Of a stretch of 50,698 nucleotides of DNA, positions 1 through 7,843 are shown piece by piece. The notes beneath the pieces were generated by a model that did not search any database, had not been told where the DNA came from, and saw only the letters and a list, made by a program, of their open reading frames with translations. This stretch comes from an uncultured archaeon. GTDB lineage: Archaea > Thermoplasmatota > Penumbrarchaeia > JASLWR01. Every line of letters begins with the position of its first letter. Position 1 is the stretch's first letter. A program made the translations under genes and the position numbers. The stretch lies in assembly GCA_964342815.1 (NCBI GenBank), contig CAYFHS010000024.1:1-50698 (forward strand). The letters run 5' to 3'.

Positions 1-82
1 CGGATGCAGGCGTATCTTCGATGCGCCGTGTCATCGTAGAAAAGTGGTTTTTCATGATGCCGGATTCAAAATGGCCAGTGCC

Positions 83-547
83 TTAAAGAATTTTTTCAAT
101 GATCCCGCAAATCCTTTCAAGAAACTCTTGATCTTGCGGAGAGAAGGGTGATATCTCATGGGAATCGATGTCAAGTTCACCCAGAATCTCACCTTTCCTT
201 AAGATGGGAACCACGATCTCGGAGAGAACCGACGAACTGCACGAAAGATAATTATTTTCCTTCGATACGTCCGGTACCAAGAATGTCCTCCCGGAAGATG
301 CTGCCTGGCCGCAAATGCCCTTTCCGAAGGGGATTCTTGTGTGATCGGTTGGTGCTCCGGAAAACGGACCCAGGACGAGTTCATCCTTTTTCACGTCATC
401 CACGAGATAGAATCCAACCCAATCGTAGTAGGAGACTTTATTTCTTAACAGCTTGCAGATATCCTTGAGCTTTTCATTAATCGGATCAGGTCTCCGGGAG
501 ATATCGACGATCTCATCATACAGCTTTTCAAAAGACATATCGCTCAT
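83..547 (-). CDS. msrC: GAF-domain protein, free methionine-R-sulfoxide reductase (fRMsr/MsrC-like)
   Basis: Family motifs WVGFYL, LVLGPFSG, IPFGKGICG, YLSCS, SEIVVPI and ELDIDS. Confidence 0.8.
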   Translation of the reverse strand: MSDMSFEKLYDEIVDISRRPDPINEKLKDICKLLRNKVSYYDWVGFYLVDDVKKDELVLGPFSGAPTDHTRIPFGKGICGQAASSGRTFLVPDVSKENNYLSCSSSVLSEIVVPILRKGEILGELDIDSHEISPFSPQDQEFLERICGIIEKIL

Positions 548-606
548 TACAAAACGCTCCTCAATGAGTTTTCTTTTATTGTCCTGAAAATAATCGGGAA
601 TCTTGT

Positions 607-2151
607 CTATTCGATAATAGTAATACTTTTTCCACCATGCTGGCTCTTTCTAACCCTAATATTCGCATAGATGGGGATCTCGATGTTGGCCCCAACAACC
701 AATGCCTGTCCTACGGGCAATCTCTGAATCTCGTTTGCCGCTCTCGTGGTAAGTCCTTCCACAGATGTTATTATTGCTTTCAGATCATTGGGATTGGTAA
801 CCCTGAGGATAATTTGAGTATTACATTGACTCAGAATATTCTTGTCTATTCGGGCGGGTCTCTGGGTAACGATGCAGAGACCAAGGCCGAATTTCCGTCC
901 TTCCGAGGCCACGGACATCAGGACATCCGAGGAAATCACCGTCCTCTTTTGCGGGCAGTAATTGTGGGCTTCTTCAACGATCACTATAACCGGTGGTATG
1001 GTGTCCAGTTTTCTCTTCTGGAAAATGGAACCTATCAAAAGAGATACCGCCAACTCCTGTATATGAGGCTTTATACCTTTCATATTTATTACGGAACACT
1101 GCCCCTTTTTCACGATCTCGGAGAGCGGAATGGGATTTTCTGAAAAGAGTCCATGGGAATCCAATCGCTCCACTGCATTGATAACGTTCCACTTGGCATT
1201 GTTCCGATCCAGTTCCGCCTGAAATATAATATCTTTAATCGTGTAATATTCGGTGCTGCCGGATAAAATTCGGATCGCCTTGTGAAGAACCCCGAGCTGG
1301 CTACCGGTCCGTTTAAGACCGCTGAGCTTTATGATCTCATCCACATCGAGATTCATACCCGAGAATGAAAGGGGAACAGATCCCGGAGCGTTTTCGCTGT
1401 CGATGGAATATTCCGTAATGCTGGAAGCATATCCTCGAGGTGCTATCCCGAAATCATTCATATATTTGATATCGCTGTAGTTAAGATTCGGCTGTATGAG
1501 TGATGAATATTCGCCGTGGGGATCGATTATCACTATAGGAATCTCTTTTTCCAGCAATTCCTCTATCAGAACGCCTACAACGTAGGATTTCCCGCTACCG
1601 GTTCTGGCAATTACGGAAATATGCTTTTGGACCATTTCGTTGATATCGAGACATATCTTCAGATCATGCCCTTTTAGTAAACCCATATATGCACCGGTCT
1701 CACTGGACGCATGGAGGCCTACCACGGATTTGATAAAATCGTTTTCGGCGAGGTAGATTGTCTTTCCCGCCATGAGAGGCGTGGTTGGCATCTGTAGAAC
1801 GTTTCGTTTGTCGCGGAATCCAAGAATGGCCACGGTTGCAGAAACGTTTCCACGGTCAGCATCATCCTGTATTTTCCGGTAATTGACCGAATATTCATCT
1901 GCACTCTCTTTATTACTAAATAGATTTCTAGCTTCCAGGAACGTAAGATCGGTTTGCCGCTCAATGGCCGTTACGTGTCCAAGTATCCATCCGAAAATAT
2001 CATGTTTCGCCTTGACAAAAGTACCTTTCGCGACCTTTTCAGCCTGCACCGCGAAACGGAATTCATCGCTGGTGACGTTACCGTAGATTATTCCCAGAGA
2101 TGTCTCGGAAAGGGACTTTGGAACTATTGCTGCGGCGGCCGTTCGGTCCAT
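607..2151 (-). CDS. herA: HerA/FtsK-family ATPase (DUF87) with N-terminal HAS-barrel
   Basis: Walker A ARTGSGKS, IIDPHGEY, Walker B IVEEAH, EGRKFG and VTQRP; N-terminal barrel-like region. Confidence 0.85.
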   Translation of the reverse strand: MDRTAAAAIVPKSLSETSLGIIYGNVTSDEFRFAVQAEKVAKGTFVKAKHDIFGWILGHVTAIERQTDLTFLEARNLFSNKESADEYSVNYRKIQDDADRGNVSATVAILGFRDKRNVLQMPTTPLMAGKTIYLAENDFIKSVVGLHASSETGAYMGLLKGHDLKICLDINEMVQKHISVIARTGSGKSYVVGVLIEELLEKEIPIVIIDPHGEYSSLIQPNLNYSDIKYMNDFGIAPRGYASSITEYSIDSENAPGSVPLSFSGMNLDVDEIIKLSGLKRTGSQLGVLHKAIRILSGSTEYYTIKDIIFQAELDRNNAKWNVINAVERLDSHGLFSENPIPLSEIVKKGQCSVINMKGIKPHIQELAVSLLIGSIFQKRKLDTIPPVIVIVEEAHNYCPQKRTVISSDVLMSVASEGRKFGLGLCIVTQRPARIDKNILSQCNTQIILRVTNPNDLKAIITSVEGLTTRAANEIQRLPVGQALVVGANIEIPIYANIRVRKSQHGGKSITIIE

Positions 2152-2353
2152 AATTCTTCTATCCTTGAAATTCGTTAGATAGGTAACTTCGCTGAAATAG
2201 GTAAATCTTTCCCTTCTTGTTACTTTTTAGCTCTAATGCCCATAAGTGGCAGACAATCGAGTTGGGTGAAATACCGGCAAAAATTAAAAAGGTAGATAAA
2301 TCATCCGGGTGACCCTGTCGGACTGGTATACCGACCATATTCCCAGACACGTG

Positions 2354-2577
2354 ATGGGCCTGTTTCGAAGACAAAACTAACGTTTCACTTCTGACAGCCT
2401 CCATTTGCTCACTGCGTTCACAAATGGGCCTGTAGCGCCGTAAACCTAAACGGATCACGGCTGACAGGCAGCCATTTGCTCACTGCGTTCACAAATGGGC
2501 CTGTAGCGCCGTAAACCTAAACGGATCACGGCTGACAGGCAGCCATTTGCTCACTGCGTTCACAAATGGGCCTGTAG
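2354..2577 (+). repeat. Tandem array of 70-71 bp units (one diverged, two identical) ending in the tRNA 5' end
   Basis: ATGGGCCTGT recurs at 2354, 2424, 2495 and 2566; 2401-2471 is identical to 2472-2542. Confidence 0.95.
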
Positions 2578-2642
2578 GGTAGCTTGGTTTATCCTTGTGG
2601 CTTTGGGAGCCATAGACTCCGGTTCAAATCCGGGCAGGCCCA
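2568..2642 (+). tRNA. tRNA-Pro (anticodon TGG), intronless, CCA not encoded
   Basis: Acceptor stem GGGCCTG/CAGGCCC plus discriminator A; anticodon arm GTGGC-TTTGGGA-GCCAT; T-loop GGTTCAAATCC. Confidence 0.97.
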
Positions 2643-2667
2643 TTTACAAGCGAAGGGAGTAAATGGG
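2639..2667. repeat. Perfect 9-bp inverted repeat overlapping the tRNA 3' end
   Basis: CCCATTTAC-11 nt-GTAAATGGG. Confidence 0.85.
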
Positions 2668-2850
2668 ACTGACGAGACATTACTAGTAATACATGGATAC
2701 TATATCTTCGATTCAGCGGAATCGGTTCCTCTGGACTGCGATTCCACGAACATTGTCAAGCTGCGAAGTACGCACCATTGACAATATGCACCTGGACACC
2801 GACCTGTAAAGATGACCGCTTACAAGGTCGATAAGCTATTGATCCGTAAG

Positions 2851-2903
2851 AAATGGTTCAAGGATCGTACCTATCCCCACAAGTTCTTAAGGATTCATCA
2901 GGT
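2851..2903. repeat. Repeat family A, copy 1 (53 bp)
   Basis: 45/53 identical to 5841-5893; partial copy at 5323-5346. Confidence 0.85.
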
Positions 2904-2934
2904 ATGGACATAAAGTTAATCAATGACTACAAAT

Positions 2935-4266
2935 CTATTTTTTGATATTTTCCAATATTCTATCGACTTTATCCTCTAAAATAAATATTCTTTCTTGTGC
3001 AGATTTATTAATGCCAATAAAATAATCCCACCTATTTGTTATTATTTCTCGAATAACCTTCTCAAACACATAGTAGTAATTCATTAACATAAAATTTTTA
3101 TCTGGAAATGAATATTTAACTTTCATTTTACATTCTAAATCATAGAAATGAAGAACCTCATTCGTATCCCCCATTTCCATACGATATTTTAATAATTCTT
3201 GAAAAAAAGGTTTGTTTATCACTTCATCATATGGAATTTCACCCTTAATTTTCAATCCAGAATTTATTAAAATAAATGAAAATGTAAACGTGAAATCAGG
3301 ATTTATAAGTATTAATTTCGATTTCAGTCGCGATTGATCATATTCGATTTTTATTCTGGTATAGGGTGGTAAGAAGAAATTATTGAACTCCTTATAAAAC
3401 GCTAATGATGGCATAATATTGGATAACAAAGATTTTTTTGGAGGATGTGGGATATTCTCATTCTTCACCAATTCTCCCGTTATATTCTCCATATTATGAA
3501 CATCAATATTCTCTTCATTTAATACATTATTAATATTTACTAACCATCCATCTTTTAAGAATTTAGAGATTCCAAATAAAAAAGCATATGGTGACATTTG
3601 GATTATTAATTGTTTGATTTTATTTTCACTTATTTCATCCTTGTAATAGAAAAAGATTTTATATAGCAAATGCTCATATTCTTCTTGACATTTTGGATTC
3701 TTATATTCTAAAAGAAATCTCATCTCAGAAAATGTGAAAAATAAAATACTTCGCCAAGTAAAACATTTATCGGTCCTTCTTTCTAGGAATAACCATTGTA
3801 ATTCGTTATCAGTTACAAGTCGTTTTCCATAATCAGTCCTTATATAATAAGTCCTTTCAATAATCTCTCCATTGGACATTTTAACAAAAGCATGGGGGAT
3901 ATCTTTCTTTTTAAAAATGTTTATTATTAAAACGTTATCTCCGTTTAGCTTTAATGTCTCAAATGAAAAATCTAAAGGTGGGCTTATATTAGTCTTACAA
4001 ATATTATTTATTTGTCCTTTATATCTTTCCATATCAACTATTTTTATTCCTTCGAATTCTTTAAGGTCGGTGATTCCAATAAAAATCTTTCCTCCATTTA
4101 AATTAGCAAAAGCTATCATTTCATGAGCTAATTTCTTTTTTCCTGAAGACGTTGTAAGAATTCCCGATTCTTTGAATTCTACGGTCTTATTTTTATGTGA
4201 ATTGCTACTCAATAACTCTTGTATTTCTCCTATCGTGGTCATATGAATACTCTCCATATATACCAA
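2935..4266 (-). CDS. Schlafen/AlbA_2-domain protein with an uncharacterised C-terminal region
   Basis: VEFKES, MIAFANLNGGKIFIGITD and YYIRTDYGKR match the AlbA_2 pattern (EFK...AFAN..GG.I.IG..D...Y.R). Confidence 0.8.
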   Translation of the reverse strand: MVYMESIHMTTIGEIQELLSSNSHKNKTVEFKESGILTTSSGKKKLAHEMIAFANLNGGKIFIGITDLKEFEGIKIVDMERYKGQINNICKTNISPPLDFSFETLKLNGDNVLIINIFKKKDIPHAFVKMSNGEIIERTYYIRTDYGKRLVTDNELQWLFLERRTDKCFTWRSILFFTFSEMRFLLEYKNPKCQEEYEHLLYKIFFYYKDEISENKIKQLIIQMSPYAFLFGISKFLKDGWLVNINNVLNEENIDVHNMENITGELVKNENIPHPPKKSLLSNIMPSLAFYKEFNNFFLPPYTRIKIEYDQSRLKSKLILINPDFTFTFSFILINSGLKIKGEIPYDEVINKPFFQELLKYRMEMGDTNEVLHFYDLECKMKVKYSFPDKNFMLMNYYYVFEKVIREIITNRWDYFIGINKSAQERIFILEDKVDRILENIKK

Positions 4267-4336
4267 ATTAGGATATGATTAGAACTACATTATCCATTAA
4301 GTTATTCTCAATATTATCGATTTTACCCTATCACAT

Positions 4337-4424
4337 GGCAGTATGCTAGTGATCTAGAGCCTGATAGGGCTTAAGAGATATTCTGATACCTCCAGAGTCC
4401 ACCCCATGCATAAAACACGCTGTA
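4337..4424. repeat. Repeat family C, copy 1 (bipartite, 26 + 27 bp)
   Basis: 4337-4362 vs 7565-7590 (2 mismatches); 4398-4424 vs 7691-7717 (1 mismatch). Confidence 0.85.
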
Positions 4425-4525
4425 GAGGGGTAAGGAGAGGCTTGAAATCCATCTCTCGTTATGGTCTTATGTGCGGTTTTGAGTATTCCCATACCACAGA
4501 AAATAAGTAGGAGTGGATACAATAT

Positions 4526-5167
4526 ATGTCTAAATCAGTTGGTGATGAAATGAAACCATTTTCTTTCTTGTTAGTTCTTCTACTAATCATTCCGTCACTC
4601 TCAATTACAGGTTGTATAGACGATAATACAAAAAAGAAAAATGATGAGGATAAGTCTTACGTTTTTTTTGAAAGTTATGCGGGTTATGGAACAAATTATA
4701 TTTATAACGTATCCTTAAATAAAGACCTAGCTTTAGATGCATTAAACAAATCTATCAATATCTCGATAGAAAATATAAAACTTATAAATTTATCATGGCC
4801 GGAGAAATATATAGACATAGATTTTGATTATAATATGTCAAATATCTCAAGAGAAGTTACAGATCAATTCAATAATGATATTCATATTTATATTGAGAAA
4901 AAAGAAGTTATAATTTGGATATGGTTCCATCCTCAAGAAATAGGTTGGCAACGTGTTCCTAATAATGAATCAGAAGAATTTTTTAATATCGTAAACTCAA
5001 TAATCAAGAGAGATCGAGAAATGATGTATAATTATATTGATTCATTAGTATCTCTTTTAGAAGATAGGTTGAACCTTCCATTACCGGAATATTACGATAC
5101 TTGGGAATTAATGTCAAGAGCTGATGAATCTTTTCCAAATATGGGCGGATTAGAATCCCTTCCTTAG
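4526..5167 (+). CDS. Hypothetical lipoprotein (start may be the ATG at 4550)
   Basis: Hydrophobic signal followed by lipobox-like ITGC; no recognised domain. Confidence 0.6.
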   Translation: MSKSVGDEMKPFSFLLVLLLIIPSLSITGCIDDNTKKKNDEDKSYVFFESYAGYGTNYIYNVSLNKDLALDALNKSINISIENIKLINLSWPEKYIDIDFDYNMSNISREVTDQFNNDIHIYIEKKEVIIWIWFHPQEIGWQRVPNNESEEFFNIVNSIIKRDREMMYNYIDSLVSLLEDRLNLPLPEYYDTWELMSRADESFPNMGGLESLP

Positions 5168-5201
5168 CTTTCCCCCCTGCATCCTTCAAGCTAATCCCTT
5201 C

Positions 5202-5340
5202 CTACCCGATAATATCCCCTATCTCCTTTAATTTCTCAACCACAATCTACCCTTCTCATTAAGATAATAGTTCTTCCGCTTCCACCCCCTCTTGGATTCC
5301 CCCCATTTCTCCCTAATCTCCGCAAGTTCTTAAGGGTTGG
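5202..5340 (-). pseudogene. Frameshifted remnant of a PadR-like winged-helix gene
   Basis: Across frames reads PTLKNL / IREKWGESKRGWKRKNYYLNEKGR / IVVEKLKEIGDIIG*, resembling the PadR helix-wing (YPTLxRL..GLI...W.ES..G..RKYY.LT.KG). Confidence 0.4.
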
Positions 5341-5353
5341 TCAGGTGTGGTGA

Positions 5354-5761
5354 TTAATCGTCAATCACTTCAGCATATTCCTTTTCCTCTGAATCATCTT
5401 TTTCGACCAGTCTAATAACATCGGTTCGACTATTTTTTACAGTCTTATTATAATTATGGATATATGCGAATCCTCGAAAAAGCATGAAAGCCAATCCCAT
5501 TAACATTACTGGAATAAAACATATAGTGAAATAGTTTTTTACAAAAGGAATGAATGGAAGTAAGATAAAAATAATACCGAGTACAACCATATCAATCCCT
5601 GCATTTTTATTTACAGGATACCATAGCTCTTCGTTATCAAGTGTTGATCGGGTTCTGAATCCATATAACGGATTGGGTGGTATTAACTTAAAAATAAAGG
5701 GTATTCCTAGAACAAAAAATATAATCCCAACTGTAACTGAGGTCAAAGCAGAATAAACCAT
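5354..5761 (-). CDS. SdpI/YhfL-family membrane protein
   Basis: IPPNPLYGFRT..TL.NEELW..VNK.AG motif; three hydrophobic segments. Confidence 0.8.
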   Translation of the reverse strand: MVYSALTSVTVGIIFFVLGIPFIFKLIPPNPLYGFRTRSTLDNEELWYPVNKNAGIDMVVLGIIFILLPFIPFVKNYFTICFIPVMLMGLAFMLFRGFAYIHNYNKTVKNSRTDVIRLVEKDDSEEKEYAEVIDD

Positions 5762-5785
5762 ATTAAATACTTATATCCTACTCCA

Positions 5786-5834
5786 TCCTATATATTATTT
5801 CCATTCTGTGATACAAAAATAATCACCTATCAGG
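5786..5834. repeat. Repeat family B, copy 1 (49 bp)
   Basis: One mismatch to 6537-6585. Confidence 0.9.
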
Positions 5835-5840
5835 GATGAT

Positions 5841-5893
5841 AAATGGTTCAATGATCGTACATATCCCTACAAGTTTATTAGGGTCCATCAGGT
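5841..5893. repeat. Repeat family A, second full-length copy (53 bp)
   Basis: 45/53 identical to 2851-2903. Confidence 0.85.
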
Positions 5894-5907
5894 GTGTGTG
5901 TTAATCC

Positions 5908-6567
5908 TCAATTCCTCGGTCTCAAACCCGGTAGTGGTCCACCAAACACGAGTACAATTATGAGTACACAGATGAACACCCCGAATATGCCGAAACCTGG
6001 GATAAGGGAATCCTCTCGCATTTCTTCCTTACCTGTGGCATCGTCCGCCCTTATGATACCCGATTCGATCCGCAACACCTCTCCCTCATTGTCTATATGC
6101 AATAACTTAACGTAATACGTCTCGTCCGGAATAAGCCCCTCTATTTCTGCTTCTGTGGTTTCCCTGTCCGGGATGCTCATTATAAAATTGGTACTATTAG
6201 GCTTGCAATCCCTCTCCGTAGACATGTAAATCTCGTAATGATCGAACTTGGGGTCATCGGATTTGTACCAGGCGATTTCCTTATAGCCGGTGAGGTTCCC
6301 CCTCCTCCCGTCGAACATCTTGGACGTGGCTTCCACGGGGGTCGCCCTCTGGATCTCGCTGTATTCCTTCACAGCAGTGTCCGTGAAAGAGTAGCCCGTA
6401 TTACTTACCACATTCCATACCAGGCCTCCTAACGACAGGATGATTGCGACGAGAAGTAAAATCAGAGCGGTTTTCTTTCGGTTTCGGACTTTTTCAGGCA
6501 TGCATATATTATTAGGGACTTCGATATTTATACATTTCCTACATATTATTTCCATTCTGTGATACAA
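5908..6567 (-). CDS. Membrane-anchored FN3-like protein with a PGF-type C-terminal sorting-like signal
   Basis: N-terminal TM; AWYKSDDPKFDHYEIY...IEGLIPDETYYVKL (FN3-like); C-terminal IPGFG followed by a TM helix. Confidence 0.6.
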   Translation of the reverse strand: MYHRMEIICRKCINIEVPNNICMPEKVRNRKKTALILLLVAIILSLGGLVWNVVSNTGYSFTDTAVKEYSEIQRATPVEATSKMFDGRRGNLTGYKEIAWYKSDDPKFDHYEIYMSTERDCKPNSTNFIMSIPDRETTEAEIEGLIPDETYYVKLLHIDNEGEVLRIESGIIRADDATGKEEMREDSLIPGFGIFGVFICVLIIVLVFGGPLPGLRPRN

Positions 6568-6585
6568 AAATAATCACCTATCAGG
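6537..6585. repeat. Repeat family B, copy 2 (49 bp)
   Basis: One mismatch to 5786-5834; contains the SD-like AGGTGA and the first codons of 5908..6567. Confidence 0.9.
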
Positions 6586-6616
6586 TCTGGGTACTACTCC
6601 TCGTTTGAAGAGTATT

Positions 6617-7498
6617 CTACTGTGTCGATTCTTTCTTCCGGATTTTTCGAAATAGTATAACTAGAAGAACTATCAGAATCAAAACGAAAGTCCCTGTTAT
6701 GTAGTATTTCATATTACCATCGGTTTCCTCGACCGTATCTTCCAACTCAATTTCAACGTAAAGCATTTCTCCTGTTTCAATATCTATATAAAAAGTAGCA
6801 TTATACGTTTTATCGGACGTATAATGTTCGCTGATGATATAAGCAAATCGTGGTTCATTATATTTAGTGTAGGATTCTGGCAACCAAAATGCAGACATAG
6901 TAATGTGTTCAGGATCGTACCCATATTTCATCCCATTTGAATAAAATTTTCTAAATCGTGGATGATTAAGGGCTATCTGTAATGCTTCATCGCAATCCAG
7001 ATTATATGTTGGATTCTTCAAAGGAATCTGTTTAACACCGCGAAGATATGTTCCCTTTACATCAAAATTATCACTCTGATGATAGCTAAGATTATTATTA
7101 TAATCATCGGCAAATATCCCAAAATAGAGGAAATTTGTATTGTTAAACGGTTTAGTCTTATTGGCATAGACAATCTCAACAAGAAGATATTTCCCGTATT
7201 GACCGTCCCAACAATGGATATCGACAATAACGAAATCTCGGGATAGGTTAAATCGATTATGATTGGATTCAATAAACTCAAGTGCTTCTAAAACCGTTGT
7301 AAGTTCAAACTCATCAAATAAAATGTCTTCATTGTTCACTTCGTTGTTCCAATCAAAATCATCATTTGAAATGTCTTCATTGATCCCTTCATTGATTTCT
7401 ACATTGATCTCTACATTGTTCCAATCAAAATATACATAGGTGACGGTTCCAAAAATGAGCGTTAGACAGATTCCTACCGCAACAAATACCTTCCACAT
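6617..7498 (-). CDS. Hypothetical surface protein with N- and C-terminal TM segments (possible PepSY-like region)
   Basis: SD GGGTGAGGAG before the ATG; C-terminal TM plus RKIRKK; DEALQIAL...FYIDIETGEML weakly resembles PepSY. Confidence 0.6.
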   Translation of the reverse strand: MWKVFVAVGICLTLIFGTVTYVYFDWNNVEINVEINEGINEDISNDDFDWNNEVNNEDILFDEFELTTVLEALEFIESNHNRFNLSRDFVIVDIHCWDGQYGKYLLVEIVYANKTKPFNNTNFLYFGIFADDYNNNLSYHQSDNFDVKGTYLRGVKQIPLKNPTYNLDCDEALQIALNHPRFRKFYSNGMKYGYDPEHITMSAFWLPESYTKYNEPRFAYIISEHYTSDKTYNATFYIDIETGEMLYVEIELEDTVEETDGNMKYYITGTFVLILIVLLVILFRKIRKKESTQ

Positions 7499-7564
7499 CT
7501 CCTCACCCTATCAGTCGAAAAGATATTGTCTAACCTGTTATTTATCATTTCTGCCTTTTGTACA

Positions 7565-7717
7565 GGCACTATGCTAGTGATCTGGAGCCTAGACGGTCCT
7601 TAGTCGTGGCTTTTCAAGTCAGGAATAACCGGACTTACTTGTAAACTAAGAGAAGCCTACAGGTTTCCTCGTTATATGATGAATCTGGAATCCACCCCAT
7701 GCCTAAAACACGCTGTA
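7565..7717. repeat. Repeat family C, copy 2 (same two blocks, longer spacer)
   Basis: Blocks match 4337-4362 and 4398-4424. Confidence 0.85.
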
Positions 7718-7843
7718 TAAGGGTTAAGAGAAGCAAAATCCACTTTTCTGATATTATCTCAATCCTCCTACTTCTCCTGTTAATGATTCATGCCGACAAA
7801 CAAATGGAAGATGGATAATATTTTTCGATGGTGGAATTGAGAG

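Noticed and set aside
1-55. Start of a minus-strand gene (MKNHFSTMTRRIEDTPAS), perhaps an aminotransferase
   Set aside because: Only 18 codons are visible, which cannot support a product call.
2401-2577. CRISPR array (33-nt palindromic repeat with 37-38 nt spacers)
   Set aside because: The spacers are identical or homologous to each other, the last repeat runs into the tRNA, and there are no cas genes or leader.
2851-7717. Integron cassette array with attC sites
   Set aside because: One GTTAGAC (R'-like) site lies upstream of 6617..7498, but I found no paired RYYYAAC/GTTRRRY boxes with L-box symmetry and no intI gene.
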